A DNA stretch of 23,111 nucleotides from Elainellaceae cyanobacterium (GTDB taxonomy: Bacteria; Cyanobacteriota; Cyanobacteriia; CAZCXK01), in assembly GCA_051117555.1 (NCBI GenBank), contig JBNPEG010000153.1:1-23111 (forward strand), in the 5' to 3' direction. Positions 17,105 through 23,111 of the stretch are shown here, piece after piece (positions within the stretch are counted from its first letter, which is position 1; every line of letters begins with the position of its first letter). The notes beneath the pieces were generated by a model, which saw nothing but the letters and a program-made list of their open reading frames with translations, was not told where the DNA came from and searched no databases. The position numbers and the translations under genes were made by a program.

Positions 17105-17219
17105 ACTTTTAAAAGCATCCTCTTAGCCTATTAGGCCTTCCCAACCGTAGCAGCAACGATTCTGCAAGTTATCATTACCTGAATTGGCTGAGATCTATCC
17201 AATTTAGACTAATTCAGCA

Positions 17220-17381
17220 GGGAGCATGTCACCTTTGCAAATTTGCCCTCATCCCCCAACCCCTTCTCCCAAGCAGGGCGAAGGGGAGCCGGATTGAAGT
17301 CCCTCTCCCGTTTTGGGGGGATTTAGGATGGAGACGCGCAGCGGCTTCTCTTGGAGTGGGCTACAAAAGTGACATGCTCCC
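17220..17381. mobile_element. 162-bp MITE with terminal inverted repeats and 9-bp target-site duplication
   Basis: TIRs GGGAGCATGTCACCTTTGCA and TACAAAAGTGACATGCTCCC (18/20). Flanked on both sides by AATTCAGCA (17211-17219 and 17382-17390). Contains C-rich/G-rich internal hairpins and no transposase. Confidence 0.88.
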
Positions 17382-17390
17382 AATTCAGCA

Positions 17391-18395
17391 TTAGCGCTTT
17401 AGAACAATACGGTAGCGGGGTTTGCCGTGTTCAAGCTTCTCCATTGCCTCATTGACTTGATCAAAGCTAAAGGTTTCAATCACAGGTTCGATGTGATGAC
17501 GAGCCGCAAAATCTAACATTTGAGAAATCGTAGCAGGGCTGCCGAGAGGGCTGGCTGAAATCGACTTTTGCCCCGCAATCATGGGAAAGAGTTGGCTGGA
17601 GATTGGGTTTGGAATAACGCCTACTAAGTGTAGTCGTCCTTTAGGACGAAGGGCGGCGATGTAGGCATCCCAATCTAAATCTGCATTTACGGTAGAGATA
17701 ATAACATCAAACGAGTTTTGCACAGATTCCAAGGCTTCAGGATCGCGAGAATTGATAAAGTGATTTGCGCCGAGTTCGCGGGCTTCTGCTTCTTTCTCAG
17801 GGCTTGTCGAAAACGCAGTCACATCGCAGCCCCACGCATGGAGGAAACGCAATGCCATGTGCCCCAATCCCCCAATCCCGATCACGCCCACCTTATCTGT
17901 GGGTTGAATATCAAGCTGCACGATGGGGTTGAACACCGTGATTCCACCACAAAACAGTGGACCTGCGGACTCTGGCGTTAATCCTTGAGGGAGCGGAATA
18001 ATCCAGCTTTGATGGGCTCGCACCTTATCGGCAAAGCCACCATGCCGTCCAATGATAGTTCCTTCAGCTTGCAAACATAGATTGTGATTTCCTGACATAC
18101 ACCATTCACACGTCATGCAGGATTCAGAAAACCAGCCTAGTCCAACCTGTTGCCCCGGCTTAATTGTCGTCACGCGATCGCCCACTGCTGCGACCGTACC
18201 AATTACTTCATGACCTGGAACAAAGGGATATTGAGAAATGCCCCATTCGTTGTTGAGCATGCTCAAATCGCTATGACAGATGCCGCAATATTCAACGTCA
18301 ATTTCTACGTCTTCATCCTCAAGCAGACCCGGATCATACTCAAACGGTTCTAGCTTGCCGCCAGGTTCTTGTACTGCATAGGCGTTAATCATCAA
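17391..18395 (-). CDS. ahr: Zn-dependent NADPH aldehyde reductase / alcohol dehydrogenase (Ahr/CAD-like MDR family)
   Basis: CGICHSD, PGHEVIG, structural Zn cysteines CMTCEWC...C, LFCGGITV, GIGGLG and RYRIVL. Confidence 0.9.
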   Translation of the reverse strand: MMINAYAVQEPGGKLEPFEYDPGLLEDEDVEIDVEYCGICHSDLSMLNNEWGISQYPFVPGHEVIGTVAAVGDRVTTIKPGQQVGLGWFSESCMTCEWCMSGNHNLCLQAEGTIIGRHGGFADKVRAHQSWIIPLPQGLTPESAGPLFCGGITVFNPIVQLDIQPTDKVGVIGIGGLGHMALRFLHAWGCDVTAFSTSPEKEAEARELGANHFINSRDPEALESVQNSFDVIISTVNADLDWDAYIAALRPKGRLHLVGVIPNPISSQLFPMIAGQKSISASPLGSPATISQMLDFAARHHIEPVIETFSFDQVNEAMEKLEHGKPRYRIVLKR

Positions 18396-18485
18396 AGCCC
18401 CTCATTCCCGCTAATGACAACAACTGAATAACACGAACAATGGATACGCTATTGATCACTGTATCGTTGAATCATTAATACTGCG

Positions 18486-18509
18486 TTAGATAAAGCCTTA
18501 GATAAAGCC
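18486..18509. repeat. Perfect 2 x 12 bp tandem duplication (TTAGATAAAGCC)
   Basis: Read directly, about 90 bp upstream of the aldehyde reductase start. Confidence 0.85.
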
Positions 18510-18552
18510 TTCTACACGATGATCATCAACGCAGAACCAGGAAGAAATTGGG

Positions 18553-18744
18553 CTAATTTTGGCGCTGGATCAATGTCTCAACAATGCGAACAAGGCGATC
18601 AGCGGTTTCTGCCTGTCGCTCACTGATCTCTGCCTGTCGCTGCACGAGTCGTTTGATCTCAGTTAATCCTTCAGTTAGGCGTCCGACCTGATCGATCAAA
18701 ATGTCTAGCTTGTCATCAATTTGGCTATTGGATGATTGAGTCAT
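18553..18744 (-). CDS. Small coiled-coil hypothetical protein (63 aa)
   Basis: MTQSSNSQIDDKLDILIDQVGRLTEGLTEIKRLVQRQAEISERQAETADRLVRIVETLIQRQN shows a heptad hydrophobic pattern and protein-like composition. Confidence 0.7.
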   Translation of the reverse strand: MTQSSNSQIDDKLDILIDQVGRLTEGLTEIKRLVQRQAEISERQAETADRLVRIVETLIQRQN

Positions 18745-18939
18745 ATCAGCAATCTGTTGAATTCGCATCCCTCAGACAGGCACTAAGATTCTATACTAAA
18801 TCTCTGTTCTGATATGATTCAGAAGGCGATCGCCAGTCGCTGAAACGACAGCAGATTCAAGCAGACTTAATCAATACCAATTCTTCAAAGCAAGGCTAAA
18901 AATGAACAGGCTAGAACCTTTGCAAGGCTGGTGACCGTC

Positions 18940-18967
18940 AATCCAAAATTGCAAATCCAAAATCGAG
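18940..18967. repeat. Short heptamer tandem repeat (STRR-like) AATCCAA/AATTGCA/AATCCAA/AATCGAG
   Basis: Four 7-mers in tandem. Heptamer repeats are typical of filamentous cyanobacteria. Confidence 0.6.
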
Positions 18968-19079
18968 AATGGGTATAAGTAGTTCATAAATAGCTGACAT
19001 AAACGGTAGCCTATTAAGCTGCTACTCAGGTTCAATCTCTAAAATCAAGACACTCTGCGCCACGAGGAAGACGATCACC

Positions 19080-22000
19080 ATGGACGTGCAACAGATTCAA
19101 GGTAACGAACCGCTGCTGCTCGACGACCCAATGCGACCGTGGATCGTACAATCAGGGTGTTTAGCTATATTTGCCATTCGAGTGCGGCATGGAGTACCCC
19201 AAGGGCAGCGTCGCCATCTGTTTAACGTCTATCCAGGAGAAGCCATCTTTGGAACAGTACTCCACGACCTGGAGCAATTGGGCATGATCGCGATCGCCCT
19301 AGAGGCTACCGAGGTGCGATCATTATCGATTGAGGAAGCCTTGGGAACCGGACAAGAGCAGCCAGTAACCCAAGCCGGAGTCAACTCTAATAATCCCAAT
19401 CCCCATTCTCTTTCACCTTCCGTCCTGGATTCCTCAGCGCCTAGCTCGTCTCTACACAATCATCGGATTCTGCTTGATAGTTGGGTTCATAAGCTTGGTC
19501 AGGTCGATGGATTTCCGTCTGCTCCGATTAACAGCATGACACCCCAGCGCCAGTATCTATCGTTAATGGCAGGGCAGGTTTGCGAACCGCCTCGCGATCA
19601 AGTGGTTTGGATCAGGCTTCAATATGGTCAGGCGCGATGGGTTGGCGATTCGAGCGCTGTTTTGACGCCTGATGTTGACTATTTCCCCTTAGGGAATGAC
19701 ATGTGGATTGAAGCGGATGACTATGTTGAACTTGAGACTCGCAGCACCTCCGAAATTGGCGATCGCTCTATTCTCTTGAATGGGTTGATGCAGCTTCACG
19801 CCTACTTCTTAGCCTGTGTGGAGCGCATCGAAGCCCGAGAGTTTGAAGCCGCTCAGCGCCGATTTCAGGAACGGCAGCAGTTGAATCAGGAAGTGACTCG
19901 ACAAACCCTGCAACAGCTTGTCTCTCTGCTTCAGCCCCAGGGCGATCGCATGCTATATGCCGAATCACCGTTGTTAGTAGCAGCCGGTGCAGTGGGTCGG
20001 GCGATGGGAGTCACCATCCAGCCACCGATGAAGTCTGAGAATCTCAAGCACGTTAAAGAACCCCTAGAGGCGATCGCCCGTGCCTCTCGACTGCGGATGC
20101 GGCAAATTCTTTTGCGGGGCAACTGGTGGAAAAAGGATGGCGGTCCGATTCTGGCATACACCCAACAAGACCGCTATCCCGTGGCGTTATTGCCTATCAA
20201 GGGAACTCGCTATGAGTTGCTGAATCCCATCGAAGCAGGATTGGTGGGAGTCCCCGATTTCACAGCCTCATCGCGTAAAGGACGAACATTCGTTGACCAG
20301 CAGGTAGCAGCGACGATTGATCCGGTGGCGTATGTGTTTTATCGACCTCTCCCGGATGGCAAACTCAATGCCCTTGATATCCTAAAATTTGCGCTGCAAG
20401 GGCGAATGCGGGATGCAATTGTCTTAATCTCAACGGGAGTCGCAGCAACGCTGTTAGGCATGCTGGTTCCCCAGGCGACCGCAATCTTAATTGACAATGC
20501 GATTCCCTATGGCAATGGGGGGCTTGTCGTGCAGATTGGCTTGGGTCTATTGGCAGCAGCATTTGGCGGAACGTGTTTTCACCTTGCCCAGGCGATCGCC
20601 TCCATGCGCATCGAAACCGCATCCGATGCTTCGCTGCAAGCTGCCGTCTGGGATCGGCTTTTAAAGCTCCGAACCTCCTTTTTCCGCGAGTATTCGATTG
20701 GCGATTTAACGTCTAGAGTCTCCGGCATTACCTCCATTCGGCAGCGGCTCAGCGGCACCGCCCTGCAAACCATTTTCTCAGGTTCATTTGCCTTAATTAA
20801 TCTAGGGCTATTGTTTTACTACAGCCCCCGTCTAGCTACGTTAGCGCTCGTCGTCGCAGTCATCGTCATTACCTTTACCACCGCATCTGGGGTAGTACTC
20901 ATCCGCAAACACCGCCCCCTGATGGAAATCGAAGGGAAAATCTATGGACTGCTGGTGCAGTTAATCAATGGCGTTCCTAAACTGCGAATGGCAGGGGCTG
21001 AAGAACGAGCCTTTGCCCACTGGGGGCAACACTACATTCAGCAGCTTCAACTGACGCTGAGTACTCAACGGCTTGAAGATGGCGTCAATGTCTTCAACAC
21101 AATCATGCCAACTCTAACAACGATCGCCCTTTTCTGGCTCGCCAGTACGCTGATTGACCCCGATCAAGTGATTAGCGGCAGTGGGCTCACCGCGGGAGAT
21201 TTTCTTGCCTTTAACGTTGCCTTTGGAACGTTTATCGGAGGAGCTACGAGCCTCAGCCTGACGCTGATTGAAGTCTTAGATATCATTCCACTCTGGCAGC
21301 GATCGCAGCCCATTTTAGAGGCTCAGCCCGAAGTCGATCTAACAAAAGCTGACCCAGGACGCCTCTCGGGCACTATTTATGTTGACCATCTCACCTTTCG
21401 CTATCGCGACGATGGGCGCATGATCTTAGATGATGTGACCATTCGAGCCAATCCAGGAGAGTTCATTGCGCTAGTTGGTCCGTCAGGGTCTGGCAAATCA
21501 ACGATGATCCGATTGCTGCTTGGTTTTGAAACCCCCATGTCTGGAACGGTTTATTACGATGGTCAAGACTTGGCGGGCTTAGATGTATCAGCAGTTCGTC
21601 GTCAGTTAGGCGTTGTACTTCAGAATGGACGCATCAGCGCGGGCACTATTTTTGAGAATATTTCCAGCGGAGCCTTGATCACCCTAGACGATGCTTGGGA
21701 CGCCGCTGAGATGGCTGGGTTAGCCGATGACGTGCGCGCTATGCCCATGCAATTGCATACCCTCATTAGTGAAGGCGGCGGAAATCTCTCCGGCGGGCAG
21801 CGCCAGCGGCTGATCATCGCTCGTGCCCTAGCTCTTAAACCGCGCATCTTGCTGCTCGATGAAGCAACCAGCGCCCTTGATAATCGCACTCAGGCGATTG
21901 TTAGCCAGAGCCTCGATCGCCTGAATGTGACGCGGGTTGTCATTGCCCATCGTCTAAGCACCATTCGCAACGCCGATCGCATCTATGTTTTAGAGTCAGG

Positions 22001-22085
22001 ACGCGTCGTCCAACAGGGCACCTTTGATGAATTAGCCCATCAAGATGGGGTGTTTGCCCAACTCATCAAGCGGCAGGTTGCATAG
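19080..22085 (+). CDS. NHLP (NHLM) bacteriocin export ABC transporter, permease/ATPase subunit (TIGR03797-like)
   Basis: LEAIARASRLRMRQILLRGNWWKKDGGPIL and AYVFYRPLP segments, AAVWDRLL TMD, Walker A GPSGSGKST, LSGGQRQR, LLLDEATSALD and IAHRLST. Long cNMP-like N-terminal extension. Confidence 0.9.
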   Translation: MDVQQIQGNEPLLLDDPMRPWIVQSGCLAIFAIRVRHGVPQGQRRHLFNVYPGEAIFGTVLHDLEQLGMIAIALEATEVRSLSIEEALGTGQEQPVTQAGVNSNNPNPHSLSPSVLDSSAPSSSLHNHRILLDSWVHKLGQVDGFPSAPINSMTPQRQYLSLMAGQVCEPPRDQVVWIRLQYGQARWVGDSSAVLTPDVDYFPLGNDMWIEADDYVELETRSTSEIGDRSILLNGLMQLHAYFLACVERIEAREFEAAQRRFQERQQLNQEVTRQTLQQLVSLLQPQGDRMLYAESPLLVAAGAVGRAMGVTIQPPMKSENLKHVKEPLEAIARASRLRMRQILLRGNWWKKDGGPILAYTQQDRYPVALLPIKGTRYELLNPIEAGLVGVPDFTASSRKGRTFVDQQVAATIDPVAYVFYRPLPDGKLNALDILKFALQGRMRDAIVLISTGVAATLLGMLVPQATAILIDNAIPYGNGGLVVQIGLGLLAAAFGGTCFHLAQAIASMRIETASDASLQAAVWDRLLKLRTSFFREYSIGDLTSRVSGITSIRQRLSGTALQTIFSGSFALINLGLLFYYSPRLATLALVVAVIVITFTTASGVVLIRKHRPLMEIEGKIYGLLVQLINGVPKLRMAGAEERAFAHWGQHYIQQLQLTLSTQRLEDGVNVFNTIMPTLTTIALFWLASTLIDPDQVISGSGLTAGDFLAFNVAFGTFIGGATSLSLTLIEVLDIIPLWQRSQPILEAQPEVDLTKADPGRLSGTIYVDHLTFRYRDDGRMILDDVTIRANPGEFIALVGPSGSGKSTMIRLLLGFETPMSGTVYYDGQDLAGLDVSAVRRQLGVVLQNGRISAGTIFENISSGALITLDDAWDAAEMAGLADDVRAMPMQLHTLISEGGGNLSGGQRQRLIIARALALKPRILLLDEATSALDNRTQAIVSQSLDRLNVTRVVIAHRLSTIRNADRIYVLESGRVVQQGTFDELAHQDGVFAQLIKRQVA

Positions 22086-22135
22086 TCCTAGTAGTTGACT
22101 ATTGCAAACGAAGAGCCATTCAAGCAGGTATTTAT

Positions 22136-22942
22136 CTAACGAACTACTAGACTCACAATCACTAACGCCAACCCTGCCACTAGGCAAACGAGCATCGCAT
22201 AGTAGGCGCGGCTGGCAGCGCGATCGGCGTCAGTGGCCAATTCGGTAGGCGCTTTGAGAGAAATCAAGAACGGCTGATTGGCCTGGGTAGGCTTTTGCAG
22301 CATTCGTTCTCCAAATTCGTCGGACAGTTCGGCTAGGACGAACACGGTGCGTCCTACGGGTAACACTGCTTCAGAATAGCGATAGCCCAGCGTATAGCGA
22401 TCGCCCTGACTCATTGGCCTATTAACTGTAATAGAAAAATTACCATAGACCACAGATTGGCTGCTTGCTTGCTCAGGGCGGAAGTCGTTGAGAATACTAA
22501 CGCTGTCGATATTAGCGCCCTCCGGATTGACGGTGATGGTTCCGGTTGCATCTTGAAGCTGGAATGGAATCGAGCGTTTGTTGCTAGCAACCATTTCTGA
22601 ACCTCGTTGCACCTCTCGATGAGATCTGCCGTCACTATCGTTTCGAACGACCGTCTCCTCATAGTCTCGCCGGACGGTCATGGTGTAGTAGACACACGGT
22701 TCTTGTTTGAGTTCAGACATTAAGGGGCGATCGCACGTAATCGTTCCCCGGAGGATAACATACTCTCGCCAGTTTCCGCGACCAATCTCCGCTGCAATCT
22801 CATCTGCCATGTGGGACAGCTCAGCGATCGTGGCAGCACGAGCAGACCTAATACCGAGCGACCTGGCACGTTGGCTCCGCTGCACGAAAAATAGCACTAG
22901 CCCAATCCCAAGCAATACAACACCCGTTGTCAGCCAAGCCAT
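22136..22942 (-). CDS. GIDE-domain (E3 ubiquitin ligase family-like, no RING) two-TM membrane protein
   Basis: N- and C-terminal TM helices around a beta-rich domain with PLMSEL..PCVYY, PFQLQDATGTITV and YSEAVLPVGRTVFVL. Confidence 0.78.
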   Translation of the reverse strand: MAWLTTGVVLLGIGLVLFFVQRSQRARSLGIRSARAATIAELSHMADEIAAEIGRGNWREYVILRGTITCDRPLMSELKQEPCVYYTMTVRRDYEETVVRNDSDGRSHREVQRGSEMVASNKRSIPFQLQDATGTITVNPEGANIDSVSILNDFRPEQASSQSVVYGNFSITVNRPMSQGDRYTLGYRYSEAVLPVGRTVFVLAELSDEFGERMLQKPTQANQPFLISLKAPTELATDADRAASRAYYAMLVCLVAGLALVIVSLVVR

Positions 22943-22982
22943 CGAATCACTATCGTCTCATTACTCGCTATTATCTCATTAA

Positions 22983-23111
22983 TGGCCGACCGCAGGCCCA
23001 CCGCCTCACTTCAAGGACTATGACGACTATCAAGAATTCATCCACCATCTCATCGAAACTAATATTACTGACGATCCTACCAAGGTGTATTGGGATATTC
23101 GCCTATCAGAA
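22983..23111 (+). pseudogene. ybdK: 5'-truncated fragment of a carboxylate-amine ligase / glutamate-cysteine ligase 2 (YbdK-like); runs off the right edge
   Basis: Manual translation WPTAGPPPHFKDYDDYQEFIHHLIETNITDDPTKVYWDIRLSE matches the internal WPxxGPPP...YWDIR segment of GCS2/YbdK. It is immediately preceded by an in-frame TAA. Confidence 0.75.

Larger units (their letters stand above)
16729..17118 (-). pseudogene. Possible coiled-coil repeat gene interrupted by a palindromic insertion
   Basis: ATG at 17118 is in frame with the heptad ORF (16729-17031). An in-frame TGA lies inside the 17063-17104 palindrome. Removing 36 bp gives MLLKVAQIVDLKAQIGELTMQIDD. Confidence 0.35.
1034..22734. repeat. 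Dispersed HIP1 octamers (GCGATCGC), at least 20 copies
   Basis: Examples at 1034, 1282, 4035, 5236, 7024, 8274, 9445, 9573, 10634, 10853, 12712, 14082, 15695, 18174, 18826, 19290, 19759, 19942, 20070, 20592, 21299, 22397 and 22727. Hallmark of cyanobacteria. Confidence 0.95.

Noticed and set aside
18553..18744. Small ORF as the NHLP/RiPP precursor for the neighbouring ABC transporter
   Set aside because: No double-glycine leader end and no Cys/Ser/Thr-rich core; it looks like a plain coiled coil.
18976..19005. TAAGTAG-starting tract as another end of the 2994-3070 element type
   Set aside because: Only the first 7 bp match, and no partner inverted end was found.

Overview
Cyanobacterial chromosomal DNA, with at least 20 HIP1 octamers (GCGATCGC) in 23 kb. 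It looks like an accessory, envelope-oriented region. Left to right: a partial lipoprotein gene, an M48 metallopeptidase, a bile acid:sodium symporter-family transporter, pterin-4a-carbinolamine dehydratase, a Coq4-family protein and a small beta-barrel outer-membrane protein. Next come a translationally coupled DJ-1/PfpI, arylsulfatase and formylglycine-generating enzyme cassette, then an RND efflux pair divergent from a HisKA_3/NarL-type two-component system. After that are a 12 x 21-bp heptad-coding array, a 162-bp MITE, a Zn-dependent aldehyde reductase, a small coiled-coil protein, an orphan NHLP-bacteriocin-type ABC transporter, a GIDE-domain membrane protein and a 5'-truncated ybdK-like fragment. 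The most interesting non-genic signal is a conserved 65-75 bp module with a 17-bp near-palindrome. It recurs in three divergent intergenic regions (about 393, 4855 and 14364) and suggests a local regulon of the encoded NarL-type regulator. Several small mobile or repeat elements are visible. No CRISPR, rRNA or tRNA was recognised. Family calls come from motif recognition by eye, not database searches.
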